Assembly: GCA_030390025.1 (NCBI GenBank)
Contig: CM059431.1
Coordinates: 137,022,001 to 137,086,000, forward strand
DNA from: Squalus acanthias
Taxonomy: Eukaryota
DNA length: 64,000 nt
Direction: 5' to 3'
Below the pieces are notes generated by a model. It did not search any database. It worked only from the letters and a program-made list of their open reading frames with translations, and was not told the DNA's origin. The position numbers and the translations under genes were made by a program. This document shows, in pieces, positions 1 through 12,700 of this stretch (its first letter is position 1; every line of letters starts with the position of its first letter).

Positions 1-1573
1 TGAAGAACCTGAGGGTCGATAAGTCCCCTGGGCCAGATGGGATATATCCTAGGATTCTTTGGGAGGCAAGGGAGGAGATTGCAGAGCCTCTGGCTTTGAT
101 CTTTGGGTCCTCACTGTCCACGGGGATGGTGCCAGAGGACTGGAGAGTGGCGAATGTTGTTCCTCTCTTCAAGAAAGGAAATAGGAATGACCCTGGTAAT
201 TATAGGCCGGTTAGTCTTACTTCAGTGGTTGGTAAGATAATGGAAAAGGTCCTGAGGGATAGGATTTATGACCATTTGGAAAGGGGCAACTTAATCAGGG
301 ATAGTCAACACGGATTCGTGAAGGGTAAGTCTTGCCTAACAAATTTGATTGAATTCTTTGAGGAGGTAACTAAGTGTGTAGATGAAGGTAGAGCAGTTGA
401 TGTCGTATACATGGATTTCAGTAAGGCGTTTGATAAGGTTCCCCATGGTCGTCTCATGAAGAAAGTAAGGAGTTGTGGGATAGAGGGAAATTTGGCCGAT
501 TGGATAAGTAACTGGCTAACTCATAGAAGGCAGAGGGTGGTGGTGGATGAAACATTTTCGGACTGGAGACCAGTTACCAGCGGTGTGCCACAGGGGTCGG
601 TGCTGGGTCCTCTGCTGTTTGTGATTTTTATCAATGACTTGGAGGAGGGGACTGAAGGGTGGATCAGTAAATTTGCTGATGACACCAAGATTGGTGGAGT
701 AGTGGATGAGGTGGAGGGCAGTTGTAGGCTGCAAAGAGACATTGATAGGATGCAGAGCTGGGCCGAAAAATGGCAGATGGAATTTAACCCTGATAAGTGC
801 GAGGTGATTCATTTTGGTAGGGCAAATTTGAATAAGGATTACAGGGTCAACGGCAGGGTTCTGAGGAACGTGGAGGAGCAGAGGGATCTGGGGGTTCATA
901 TCCACAGATCTCTGAAGGTTGCCACTCAAGTGGATAGAGCAGTAAAGAAGGCCTATGGTGTGTTAGCGTTTATTAACAGAGGGTTTGAGTTTAAGAACCG
1001 TGAGGTTATGCTGCAACTGTACAGGACCTTGGTGAGACCACATTTGGAATATTGTGTGCAGTTCTGGTCACCTCACTATAGGAAGGACGTAGAAGCATTG
1101 GAAAGAGTGCAAAGGAGATTTACCAGGATGCTGCCTAGTTTGGGGGGGAGGTCTTATGAGGAAAGATTGAGGGAGTTGGGGCTTTTCTCTTTAGAGCGGA
1201 GGAGGATGAGAGGCGACTTAATAGAGGTTTATAAGATGATGAGGGGGATAGATAGAGTGGATGTTCAGAGACTATTTCCTCGGGTAGAGGCAGCTGTTAC
1301 AAGGGGGCATAACTATAAGGTGCATGGGGGGAGATATAGAAGGGATGTCCGAGGTAGATTCTTTACTCAGAGAGTGTTTGGGGTGTGTAATGGACTGCCT
1401 GCTGTGATAGTGGAGTCGGACACTTTAGGAACTTTCAAGCGGTTATTGGATAAGCACATGGAGCACACCAGAGTGATAGGGAGTGTGATAGCTTGATCTT
1501 GGTCTCGGACAATGCTCGGCACAACATCGAGGGCCGAAGGGCCTGTACTGTGCTGTACTCTTCTATGTTCTAT
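1..1573 (+). mobile_element. CR1-clade LINE, family A; 3' portion, runs off the window start
   Basis: ORF2 RT motifs (YRPVSLTS, QHGF, DFSKAFD, GVPQGSVLGP, FADD); 3' UTR stem-loop GGGCCGAAGGGCC followed by a TTCTATGTTCTAT microsatellite tail typical of CR1. Confidence 0.95.
3..1496 (+). CDS. CR1 ORF2, reverse transcriptase and C-terminal part (5'-partial, uninterrupted)
   Basis: Frame is open from base 3 (KNLRVDKSPGPDGIYPRIL...) through ORF 96..1496 to a stop just before the 3' UTR. Confidence 0.9.
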   Translation, partial: KNLRVDKSPGPDGIYPRILWEAREEIAEPLALIFGSSLSTGMVPEDWRVANVVPLFKKGNRNDPGNYRPVSLTSVVGKIMEKVLRDRIYDHLERGNLIRDSQHGFVKGKSCLTNLIEFFEEVTKCVDEGRAVDVVYMDFSKAFDKVPHGRLMKKVRSCGIEGNLADWISNWLTHRRQRVVVDETFSDWRPVTSGVPQGSVLGPLLFVIFINDLEEGTEGWISKFADDTKIGGVVDEVEGSCRLQRDIDRMQSWAEKWQMEFNPDKCEVIHFGRANLNKDYRVNGRVLRNVEEQRDLGVHIHRSLKVATQVDRAVKKAYGVLAFINRGFEFKNREVMLQLYRTLVRPHLEYCVQFWSPHYRKDVEALERVQRRFTRMLPSLGGRSYEERLRELGLFSLERRRMRGDLIEVYKMMRGIDRVDVQRLFPRVEAAVTRGHNYKVHGGRYRRDVRGRFFTQRVFGVCNGLPAVIVESDTLGTFKRLLDKHMEHTRVIGSVIA

Positions 1574-1960
1574 AGAGTCTCACGATCAGGGACACCTTTT
1601 AAAGATGGAGTCTAACCATCAGGGACCCCTTTTAAAGAGGGAGTCTCACCATCCGCGGCCCCTCTTAAAGAGGGAGTCTTCCTGTCAGGGAACCATTCTA
1701 AAGCTAGTGTCTCTCGACCATTGACCTCTTTTAAAGAGGGTGTCTCATCATCAGGGACATCATTTAAAGAGAGAATCTCACCATCAGGGAACCCTTTTAA
1801 AGACAGAATTCCGCCATCAGGGATCCCATTTTAAGAGGGAGTCTTTCTATCAGGGAGCCCTTTTAAAGTGGGAATCTCACCATCAGAGACACTTTTAAAG
1901 AGGGAGTATTTCTATCAGAAAGCCCTTTTAAAGAGAGTCTTACCATCAGGGATCACTTTT

Positions 1961-3068
1961 AGAAACATAGAATCATAGAAGATAGGAGCAGGTGTAGGCC
2001 ATTCGGCCCCTCAAGCCTGCTCCGCCATTCAATGGGATCATGACTGATCATCCAAATTCAGTACCCTGTCCCTGCTTTCTCCGCATGTACCTTGATCGTT
2101 TAGCCTTAAGAACTATATCTAACTTCTTCTTGAATATATATACAATGATTTGGCCTCAACTGCCTTCTGTGGTAGAGAATTCCACAGGTTCACCACTCTC
2201 TGGGAGAACAAATTCCTCATCATATCAGTCCTAAATATCTCACCCCTTATCCTCAGTCTGTGATCCCTGGTTCTGGATTTACCCGCCATAGGGAAAATCC
2301 GTCCTGCATCTAGTCTGTCTAGTCCTGTTAGAATTTTATAAGTTTCAATGAGATCCCCTCTCATTCTTCTAAACTCTAGCGAGTATAAGCCTAATCGACA
2401 CAATCTCTCTTCATACGTCATCCCTGCCATCCCAGGTATCAGTCTGGTGTATATTCGCTGCACTCCCTCTCTGGCAAGAACATCCTTCCTCAGATAAGGC
2501 AACCAAAATTGCACACAGTACTCAAGGTGTGGTCTCACCAAAGCCCTGTACAACTGCAACAAGACATCCTTGCTCCTCTACTCCAATTCTCTCGCTATGA
2601 AGGCCAACATACCATTTACTTGTTAAAAGCCTGCTGCACCTGCATGCTTACCTTCAGCGACTGGTGCACAAGGACACCCAGGTCTCGTTGCACCTCCCCG
2701 TTTCCCAATCTATTGCCGTTCAGCTAAAAATCTGCCTTCCTCTTTTTGCCACCAAAGTGGATAACCTCACATTTATCCACATTATACTGCATCTGCCATG
2801 CATTTGCCCACTCACCCAACCTGTCCAAACCATACTGGAGTTTCTCTGCATCCCCCTCACATCACACACGCGCACCCAGCTTTGTATCGTCTGCAAACTT
2901 GGAGATATTACATCTAGTTCCATCGTCTAAATCATTAAAGATATTGTGAATAGCAGGGATCCTAGCACCGATTCCCGCGGTACCCCATTATTCACTGCCT
3001 GCCACTCGGTAAACGACGTGTTTATTCCAACTCGTTGCTTCCTGTCCGCCAATCATTTCTCGATCCAA
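1961..3068 (-). mobile_element. CR1-clade LINE, family B, 5'-truncated and degenerate
   Basis: Minus-strand RT C-terminus (LYRALVRPHLEYCVQFW, RRMRGDLIE); tail (TTCTATG)n at 1961-1980; 3' UTR GGGCCGAATGGCCT. Confidence 0.93.
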
Positions 3069-3521
3069 GTTTATAAGTTTCAATGAGATCCCCTGTAGCG
3101 AGTATAAGCCTTATCGACACAATCTTTCTTCATACGTCATCCCTGCCATGTCTCTCGATTTCAAAGAGAGAGTCTCACCATGAGTGTACCCTTATAAAGA
3201 GAGAATATCACACTCAGGGACCCCTTTTAAAGAGAGAATCTCTCCATTAGGGATCCCTTTGAAAGAGGAAGTTTCACATTCTGAGGCCACTTTTAAAGAT
3301 TGTCTCAAACCATCAGTGATCCCTTTTAAAGAGGGAGTCTCACACTCAGGGACCCCTATCAAAGAGGGAGTCTTTCTATCAGAGAGCCCTTTGAAAGTGA
3401 GTCTAACCATCAGGAATCCCTTTTAATGAACGAGTCTCAACATCAGGGACCCCTTTTAAACAGGGAGTCTCACCATCAGAGACACTTTTAAAGAGGGAAT
3501 ATTTCGATCAGGGAGCCCTTT

Positions 3522-6355
3522 TAGAACATAGAACATAGAAGAGTACAGCACAGTACAGGCCCTTCGGCCCTCGATGTTGTGCCGAGCATTGTCCGAGACC
3601 AAGATCAAGTTATCACACTCCCTATCACTCTGGTGTGCTCCATGTGCTTATCCAATAACCGCTTGAAAGTTCCTAAAGTGTCCGACTCCACTATCACAGC
3701 AGGCAGTCCATTCCACACCCCAACCACTCTCTAAGTAAAGAATCTACCTCGGACATCCCTTCTATATCTCCCCCCATGCACCTTATAGTTATGCCCCCTT
3801 GTAACAGCTGCCTCTACCCGAGGAAATAGTCTCTGAACATCCATTCTATCTATCCCCCTCATCATCTTATAAACCTCTATTAAGTCGCCTCTCATCCTCC
3901 TCCGCTCTAAAGAGAAAAGCCCCAACTCCCTCAATCTTTCCTCATAAGACCTCCCCCCCAAACCAGGCAGCATCCTGGTAAATCTCCTTTGCACTCTTTC
4001 CAATGCTTCCACGTCCTTCCTATAGTGAGGTGACCAGAACTGCACACAATATTCCAAATGTGGTCTCACCAAGGTCCTGTACAGTTGCAGCATAACCTCA
4101 CGGTTCTTAAACTCAAACCCTCTGTTAATAAACGCCAACACACCATAGGCCTTCTTTACTGCTCTATCCACTTGAGTGGCAACCTTCAGAGATCTGTGGA
4201 TATGAACCCCCAGATCCCTCTGCTCCTCCACGTTCCTCAGAACCCTGCCGTTGACCCTGTAATCCTTATTCAAATTTGCCCTGCCAAAATGAATCACCTC
4301 GCACTTATCAGGGTTAAATTCCATCTGCCATTTTTCGGCCCAGCTCTGCATCCTATCAATGTCTCTTTGCAGCCTACAACTGCCCTCCACCTCATCCACT
4401 ACTCCACCAATCTTGGTGTCATCAGCAAATTTACTGATCCACCCTTCAGTCCCCTCCTCCAAGTCATTGATAAAAATCACAAACAGCAGAGGATCCAGCA
4501 CCGACCCCTGTGGCACACCGCTGGTAACTGGTCTCCAGTCCGAAAATGTTCCATCCACCACCACCCTCTGCCTTCTATGAGATAGCCAGTTACTTATCCA
4601 ATCGGCCAAATTTCCCTCTATCCCACAACTCCTCACTTTCTTCATGAGACGACCATGGGGAACCTTATCAAACGCCTTACTAAAATCCATATATACGACA
4701 TCAACTGCTCTACCTTCATCTACACACTTAGTTACCTCCTCAAAGAATTCAATCAAATTTGTTAGGCAAGACTTACCCTTCACGAATCCGTGTTGACTAT
4801 CCCTGATTAAGTTGCCCCTTTCCAAATGGTCATAAATCCTATCCCTCAGGACCTTTTCCATTATCTTACCAACCACCGAAGTAAGACTAACCGGCCTATA
4901 ATTACCAGGGTCATTCCTATTTCCTTTCTTGAAGAGAGGAACGACATTCGCCACTCTCCAGTCCTCTGGCACCATCCCCGTGGACAGTGAGGACCCAAAG
5001 ATCAAAGCCAGAGGCTCTGTAATCTCCTCCCTTGCCTCCCAAAGAATCCTAGGATATATCCCATCTGGCCCAGGGGACTTATCGACCCTCAGGTTCTTCA
5101 AAATTGCTAAAACATCTTCCCTCAGAACATCTACCACCTCCAGCCTATCCACCTTTATCACACTCTCATCCTCAAGAACATGGCCCCTCTCCTCGGTGAA
5201 CACTGACGAAAAGTATTCATTCATCACCTCTCCTATCTCTTCTGACTCCATGCACAAGTTCCCACTACTGTCCTTGACCTGCCCTACCCTCACCCTGGTC
5301 ATTCTTTTATTTCTCACATAAGAGTAAAAAGCCTTGGGGTTTTTCTTGATCCGACCCGCCAAGGACTTCTCATGCCCCCTCCTAGCTCTCCTAAGCTCTT
5401 TTTTTAGCTCATTCCTTGCTACCTTGTACCCCTCAATCGACCCAACTGAACCTTGTTTTCTCATCCTTACATACGCTTCCTTTTTCCTCTTGACTAGACA
5501 TTCAACCTCTTTTGTGAACCATGGTTCTCTCACTCGGCCATTTCCTCCCTGCCTGACAGGGACATACCTATCAAGGACACGCAGTAATTGCTCCATGAAA
5601 AAGCTCCACTTTTCGTTTGTGCATTTCCCTGATAGTTTCTGTTCCCATCTTATACTCCCTAATTCTTGCCTAATCGCATCATAATTACCCCTCCGCCAAT
5701 TATAAAGCCTGCCCTGCCGTATGGCCCTATCCCTCTCCATTGTAATAGTGAAAGTTACCGAATTGTGGTCACTATCTCCAAAGTGCTCTCCCACATACAA
5801 ATCAAACACTTGGCCCGGTTCATTACCCAGTACCAAATCCAACGTGGCCCCACCTCTTGTCGGCCTATCCACATATTGTGTCAGGAAACCCTCCTGCACA
5901 CACTGTGCAAAAACTATCCCATCCGAACTGTTTGACCTATAAAGGTTCCAATCAATATTTGCAAAGTTGAAGTCACCCATGACAACTACTCTGTGACCTC
6001 CACACCTATTCATAATCTGCTTTGCAATTTCTTCCTCCACATCTTTATTACTATTTGGGGGCCTGTAGAAAGCTCCTAACAACGTGACCGCTCCTTTCCT
6101 ATTTCTAACTTCAGCCCATATTACCTCAGACGGCAGATCCCCCTCGAACTGCCTTTCTGCCGCTGTTAAATTATCCTTGATTAACAATGCTACTCCTCCA
6201 CCTTTCTTACCAACTTCCCTACTCTTACTGAAACATCTATACCCCGGAACTTCCAACAACCATTCCTGTCCCTGTTCTAACCATGTCTCCGTAATGGCCA
6301 CCACATCGTAGTCCCAAGTACCAATCCACGCTCCAAGTTCTCCTACCTTATTCCG
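3522..6355 (-). mobile_element. CR1-clade LINE, family A, truncated near the start of ORF2
   Basis: APE endonuclease (ITETWL, YRPP, GDFNF, LDL, SDH) plus RT; 3' UTR and tail match the element at 1-1573. Confidence 0.96.
3731..6355 (-). CDS. CR1 ORF2 (APE endonuclease + RT), missing the first codons, with a premature TAG near the C-terminus
   Basis: 857-aa ORF extends upstream in frame (RNKVGELGAWIGTWDYDVV); it stops at RFFT* where the copy at 96..1496 reads RFFTQRV (CAG>TAG). Confidence 0.88.
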   Translation of the reverse strand, partial: RNKVGELGAWIGTWDYDVVAITETWLEQGQEWLLEVPGYRCFSKSREVGKKGGGVALLIKDNLTAAERQFEGDLPSEVIWAEVRNRKGAVTLLGAFYRPPNSNKDVEEEIAKQIMNRCGGHRVVVMGDFNFANIDWNLYRSNSSDGIVFAQCVQEGFLTQYVDRPTRGGATLDLVLGNEPGQVFDLYVGEHFGDSDHNSVTFTITMERDRAIRQGRLYNWRRGNYDAIRQELGSIRWEQKLSGKCTNEKWSFFMEQLLRVLDRYVPVRQGGNGRVREPWFTKEVECLVKRKKEAYVRMRKQGSVGSIEGYKVARNELKKELRRARRGHEKSLAGRIKKNPKAFYSYVRNKRMTRVRVGQVKDSSGNLCMESEEIGEVMNEYFSSVFTEERGHVLEDESVIKVDRLEVVDVLREDVLAILKNLRVDKSPGPDGIYPRILWEAREEITEPLALIFGSSLSTGMVPEDWRVANVVPLFKKGNRNDPGNYRPVSLTSVVGKIMEKVLRDRIYDHLERGNLIRDSQHGFVKGKSCLTNLIEFFEEVTKCVDEGRAVDVVYMDFSKAFDKVPHGRLMKKVRSCGIEGNLADWISNWLSHRRQRVVVDGTFSDWRPVTSGVPQGSVLDPLLFVIFINDLEEGTEGWISKFADDTKIGGVVDEVEGSCRLQRDIDRMQSWAEKWQMEFNPDKCEVIHFGRANLNKDYRVNGRVLRNVEEQRDLGVHIHRSLKVATQVDRAVKKAYGVLAFINRGFEFKNREVMLQLYRTLVRPHLEYCVQFWSPHYRKDVEALERVQRRFTRMLPGLGGRSYEERLRELGLFSLERRRMRGDLIEVYKMMRGIDRMDVQRLFPRVEAAVTRGHNYKVHGGRYRRDVRGRFFT

Positions 6356-8959
6356 GAGAGTCTTCTGTCAGGGACCCCTTTTAAAGAGGGTGTCTCTCCA
6401 TCAGGGATCCCTTTTAAAGAGTGAGTCTCAACATCAGGGAACACTTTTAAAGATGGTGACTCACCAGCAGGAACCCCTTTTAAAGAGCGTGTTTCAGCAT
6501 CAGGGACCTCTTTTTAAGAGTTTCACCATCAGGGGCCCCTTTTAAAGAGGGAGTATCCCCTTCAGGGACCCCTTTTAAGGAGAGAGTATCTCCATCAGGG
6601 ACCCCTTTTAATGTGGGAGGCTCACCAACAGGGACCCCTTTTATGAGGGACTCATCATCTGGGACATCTTTTAAAGAGAGAGTCTCACCATTAGGGAACC
6701 GTTTTAAATATAGAATCTCGCCATCATGGACCCCGTTTAAAGAGTGAGTCTCACCATCAAGGACCTGTTTTCAAGAGGGAGCCTTTCTATCATGGAGCCC
6801 TTTTAAAGAGGATGTCTCATCATCAGGGACCCTTTTAAAGACAGAGACATCCTATCAAGGGCCCCTTTTAAAGAGGGAGTCTCCCCATCAGGGACCCCTT
6901 TTCAAGAGGCTGTTTTAGCATCAGAGACACTTTGAAAGAGGGAGTCTTTCTATCACAGACCCCTTTTAAATAGGTAGTCTCACCATAGGGGACCCATTTC
7001 AAAGAGAGAGACTTTCTATCAAGGTCCCCTTTTAAAGAGGGTGTCTTTCTAGCAAGGTCCGCTTTTAATGTGGGAGCCTTTCTATCAGGGAACCCTTTTA
7101 AAGAGGGAGTCTCAACGTCAGAGACCCTTTTAAAGAGAGAGTCTTTCCATTGGGGAGCCCTTTTAAATAGTGTCTTACCATCAGGGACCCCTTTAATAGA
7201 GGGAGACTCAAAATCAGGGAGCCATTTTATAGAGAGAGTCTTTCTATCAGGGACACCTTTTAAAAATAATCTTCGTATTAGGGACACGTTTTAAACAGAG
7301 AGTCTCAACCGAAGGACCGCTTTTAAAAGTGGAATTCTCTCCATCAGGTAGACCTTTTAAAGATGGTGTCCCCCGATCAGGGACCCCTTTTAAAGAGTGA
7401 GTCTTTCCATCAGGGACTCATTTTAAAGAGAGAGTCTCACTCTCGTGGATCCATTTTAAAGAGAGAGTTAATCTATCAGGGACCCGTTTTAAAGAGGGAG
7501 TCTCACCATCAGGGAACACTTTTATAGAGAGACTCTCCCCATTAGGGATCCCTTTTAAAGAGGGAGAGTCAACATCAGGGACACTATTTAAAGAAGGTGT
7601 TTCAGCATCAGGGACGCCTATTAAAGAGAGAGTCACACCATCAGACACCCCTTTTAAAGGGGAAGTTTTAGCATCAGGGACCCCTCTTAAAGAGAGAGTC
7701 TCACCATTAGGGTCCCCTCTTAAAGAGGGAGTACCCTGTCAGGGAACCCTTCTATTGAGACAGTCTATCAAACGTTGACCCCTTTTATAGATGGTGTCTC
7801 ATCATCAGGGACATATTTTAAAGAGAGAGTATCACCATCAGTGATCCCTTTTAAAAAGGGAGTCTTTCTATCAGAAAGACCTTTAAAGAGAGTCTTACCT
7901 TCAGGGATCCTTTTTAAAGAGATGTTGTCACTATCAGGGTTACCATTTAAAGGGAGCGTCTCACACTCAGGGACCCCTTTTAAAGAGTGAGTCAGACCAT
8001 CAGGGAACAATTTTAAAGAGAGAATCACTCCATTAGCGATCCCTCTTAAAGAGGAAATTTCACCATCAGGTTTCCCTTTTAAAGAGACAGTCTTAACATC
8101 AGGCTCCCCTTTCAAAGAGAGATTCTCACCATCAGGGTTCCCTTTTAATGAGAGAGTCTCTCCAACAGGGACCCCTTTTAAAGAGGGTGTCTCATCATCA
8201 GGGAGATTTTTTAAAGAGAGAGTCTCACTATCAGGGACAAATTTTTAAGAAAGAATCTCGGCATCAGGGACGCCTTTTAAAGAGGGAGTCTCACCATCAG
8301 GAACCCCATTTAAAGAGAGAGTCTCTACATCCGGGACCCCTTTTAAAGAGGAAGTCTACTCTCAGTGTCCCCTTTTAAAGAGGGAGTCTCACCATCAGGG
8401 ACGCCTTTAAACGAGACAGTCTCCCCATTAGGGATCCCTTAATAAATAGGAAGTTTCACCATCAGAGACCCCTTTTAAGGAGAGAGTCTGACCATCAGGG
8501 AATCATTTAAAGATAAATTATTTCTATCAAGGACCCCTTTTACAGAGGGTTTATTTCTATCAGGGACACCTTTTAAAGAGATTCTTCTTATTAGGGACAC
8601 CATTTAAAGAGGGAGTATACCCGTCAGGGACCACTTTAAATGAGAGAGTCTCTCCACCAGGGATCCCTTTTAAAGAGAGAGTCTCACCATCAGGGACCCC
8701 TTTGAAAGAGGGTGTCTCACCATCAGGGAAATCTTTTAAAGAGAGAGTCTTACCATCTGGGACCCCTTTGATAGAGGGTGTCTTACCATCAGGGACCCCT
8801 TTTAAAGAGGGAGTCTCAGCATCCGGGCCCCATTTTAAAGAGGGTTCTCACCATCTGCGACCCCTTTTAAAGATGGAGTCTCGCGATCAGAGATCCTTTT
8901 CAAGAGGGATTCTTTCCATCAGGGACCCCTTGTAAAGAGAATCTTCTTATTAGGGACTC

Positions 8960-9710
8960 ATAGAAACATAGAAACATAGAAGATAGGAGCAGAAGTAGGC
9001 CATTCGGCGCATCGAGCCTATGCGCCATTCGATGAGATCATGGCTGATCATCCAAACTCAGTACCCTGTCCTTGCCTTCTCCCCATATCCCTTGATACAT
9101 TTAGCCTGAAGAAATATATCTAACTCCTTCTTGAATATATTTACTGACTTGGCCTCAGCTGCCTTCTGTGGTAGAGAATTCCACAGGTTCACCACTCTCT
9201 GCGTTAACAAATTACTCCTCATCTCTGTCCTAAATGGCTTACCCCTTATCTTTAGACTATGAACTCTTGTTCTGGACTCACCCGACATCGGGAACATCCT
9301 TCCTGCATCCAGTGTGTCTAGCCCTATTCGAATTTTATAAGTTTCAATGAGATCTCCTCACATTATTCTAAACTCCAACGAGTATAAGCTCAATCGACCC
9401 TTGTACGTCATTCTTGCTGTCCCAGATATCAGTCTGGTGAATCTTCGCTGCACACCCTCCATGGCAAGAACATCCTTCCTCAGATAAGGCGAACAAAACT
9501 GCAAACAATACTCAAGGTGTGTTTTCACCAAGGCCCTGTACAGCTGCAGCAAGACATCCTTGTTCCTGTACTCAAACCCTCTCGCTCCGAAGGCCAACAT
9601 ACCATTTGCCTTCTCAAATGCCTCCTGTACCTGCATGCTTAGCTTCAGCGACTGGTGCACAAGGACACCCAGGTCTCGTTGCACTTCCCCTTCTCCCAAT
9701 CTATTGCCGT
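8960..9710 (-). mobile_element. CR1-clade LINE, family B, 5'-truncated
   Basis: ORFs 9058..9297 and 9358..9699 (QRDLGV, HLEYC); ATAGAAAC tail repeats at 8960-8980. Confidence 0.92.
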
Positions 9711-12700
9711 CCTTTTAAAGAGAGAGTCTCACCATCAGTGAACACTTTTGAAGAAGGAGTCTTTCTATCAGGGAGCCCTTTTAAAGTGAATGTCTCACCA
9801 TCCGTGATCACTTTTATAGAGAGAGTCTCACCATCAGAGACCCTTTTAAAGAGGGATTCTCACTCTCGGGGATTCATTTTAAATAGGTAGTCTTTCTATC
9901 AAGGACCCTTTTTAAAGTGGGACTGTCTCCATCAGTGAGACCTTTGATAGAGTTAGTCTCCCCATTTGGGGTCCCTATTAAAGAGAGGTTCTCACCGTCA
10001 GAGACCCTTTTAAAGAGGGAGACTTTCTATCAGGGAGCAATTTTAAAGAGGGAGTTTCATCATCAGAGACCCTTTTAAAGAGGGAGTCTTACTATCAGGG
10101 AGCACATTTAAAGAGAGTCTGACACTCAGGGACCCCTTTCAAAGAGATCATTTCCCCATTAGGCATCCCTTTTAAAGAGGGAGTATTTCTTCAGGGATCC
10201 CTTTTAAATAGAAAGTCTCACCGTCATTAATCATTGTTAAAGAGGGAGGCTTTCTATCAGGGAGCCCTTTTAAAGGGGGAGTCTCACCATCAGGGACCAC
10301 TTTTAAAGAGGGAGTCTCACTATCAGGAACCCCTTTTGAAGAAAGTGTTCAGCATCAGGGACCTCTTTGAAAGAGTCTCCCCATCTGGGGCCCCTTTTAA
10401 AGGAAGGGTATCCCTGTCAGGGACCCCTTTTAATGAGAGAGTCTCTCCATCAGGAACACCTTTTAAAGAGGGAGTCTCACCATCAGGGACCCCTTTTAAA
10501 GAGAGAATCTCGCCTTCAGGGACCCCTTTTAAAGAGAGCTTCTTTCTATCAGTGAACCTTTTTAAACATTGAGTCTATCTATCAGGGACCCCTTTTAAAG
10601 AGAGAGTCTCTCCATTAGGGACCCCTTTTAAAGAGGGAGTCTCACCATCAGCGGCCCCATTTAAAGAGGAAGTCGCCCCATCAGGGACCCCTTTTAAAGA
10701 GAATCTCACCATTCCGGGCCCCTTTTAAAGAGGGAGTCTCATCATCAGGGATCCCTTTTAAAGAGTGAGTTTCATTATTAGGTGATCCCTTTTAAAGAGG
10801 CAGTCTTTCTATCAGGGAGCCCTTTTAAAGAGAGAGTCTCACCATCCGTGATCACTTTTACACACAGAGTCTCACCATCAGAGACCCTTTTAAAGAGGGA
10901 GTCTCACCCTCGGGGACCCATTTTAAAGAGGGAGTGTAGCCATCAGGGACACCATTTAAAGAGATAGACTCCACATTTGTTGTCCCTTTTAAAGTGAGAC
11001 TCTGAACGTCAGAGACCCTTTTAAAGAGGGTGCCTTTCTATCATGGAGCACTTTTAAAGAGTGAGTCTCACCTTCAGTGATCCCTTTTAAAGAGGGAGTC
11101 TTTCTATCAGGGAGTCTTTTTAAAGAGAGAGACTCAACATAGAGACACTTTCAAACAGGAAGTCTTTCTGGCAGGGAGCCCTTTTAAAGAGTGTGTCTCA
11201 CCATCAGGGATCCCTTTTAAAGAGGGCGACTTTCTATCAGGGAGCCCTTTTAAAGAGGGAGTCTCACCATCAGAGACCCTTTTAAAGAGGGAGTCTTACT
11301 ATCAGGGAGCACATTTAAAGAGAGTCTCACACTCAGGGACCCCTTTCAAAGAGAGCATCTCCCCATTAGGGAACCCTTTTAAAGAGGGAGTCTGCATCAT
11401 AGACCGTTTTAAAGAGGGAGTATTTCTTGGGATCCCTTTTCAATAGAGTCTCACCATCAGAGACCCTTTTAATGAGGTAGTCTTTCTATCAGGGAGTACA
11501 TTTAAAGAGTGTCTTACCATCAGGGACGCCTTTTAAAGAGGGATTCTCATCACCAGTGACCCCTTTTGAAGAGGGAGTCATACCATCAGGGACCCCATTA
11601 AAAGAGAGAGTTTATCTATCAGGGACCACTTTTAAAGAGAGATTCTCTCCCTCGGGGACCCATTTTAAAGAGAGAGACTTTCTATCAGGGAACCATTTAA
11701 AAGAGGGCGTCTTTCTATCAGGGACACCTTTTCAAGATGGAGTCTAACCATCAGGGACGCCTTTTAAAGAGGGACTCTCACAATCAGGGACATATTTTAA
11801 AGAGAGAGTCGCACCATCAGGGACCCCTTTTAAAGAGGGAGTCTCCCCATTAGGGACCCCTTTTAAAGAGAGAGTCTAGCCATCAGGAACCCCTTTTAAA
11901 GAGGGTGTTTCAGCATCAGGGGCCCCATTTAAAGAATACGTCTCCCCGTTATTGACCCCTTTTAACGAGAGAGTCTCTCTACCAGGAACCCTTTTTAATG
12001 AGGGAGTCTAACCATCAGGGACATCTTTTAAAGAGGGTGTCTCATCATCAGGGAAATCTTTCAAAGAAAGAGTCTCATCAACAGGGACCAATTTTTGAGA
12101 GAGAATCCCGCCATCAGGGACACACTTTAGAGAGCGAGTCTCACCATCAGGTAGCCTATTTAAAGAAGAAGTCTGTCAATCAGGGAGCCCTTTTAAAGAG
12201 AGAGTCTCGCCATCAGGGACCAATTTTAAAGAGAGAGTCTTTCTATTAGGAAAACATTTTAAAGAAGAAGTCTTTCTATCTGAGACCCCTTTTAAAGAGA
12301 GAGTCTCCCCATGAGGGTCTGCTTTTAAAGAGAGAGACTCACCATCAGGGACCCCTATTAAAGAGAATCTCAGAGTCAGTGTCTCCTTTTAAGGAGGGAG
12401 TAACACCATATGGGACCATTTTTAAAGAGGGAGTTTCACCATCAGGGACCCCTTTTCACGAGTGATTCTTCCCATCAGGGATCCCTTTAAAAGAGAAAGT
12501 CTCACCCTCAGAGACCCCTTTTAAAGAGATAATCTCTCTATCAAGGATCCCTTTTAAAGAGTGAGTTTCACCATCAGCAAATCCTTTTAAAGAGTGAGTC
12601 TCACCATCAGGGATCCATTTTAAAGAGTGAGTCTCACCATCAGGGAACATATTTAAAGAGGGAGCCTTTCTATCAGTGAGCCCTTTCAAAGAAGGAGTCT

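Noticed and set aside
516..6311. Antisense and alternate-frame ORFs over the CR1 copies
   Set aside because: Shadow ORFs of ORF2 with no independent coding evidence.
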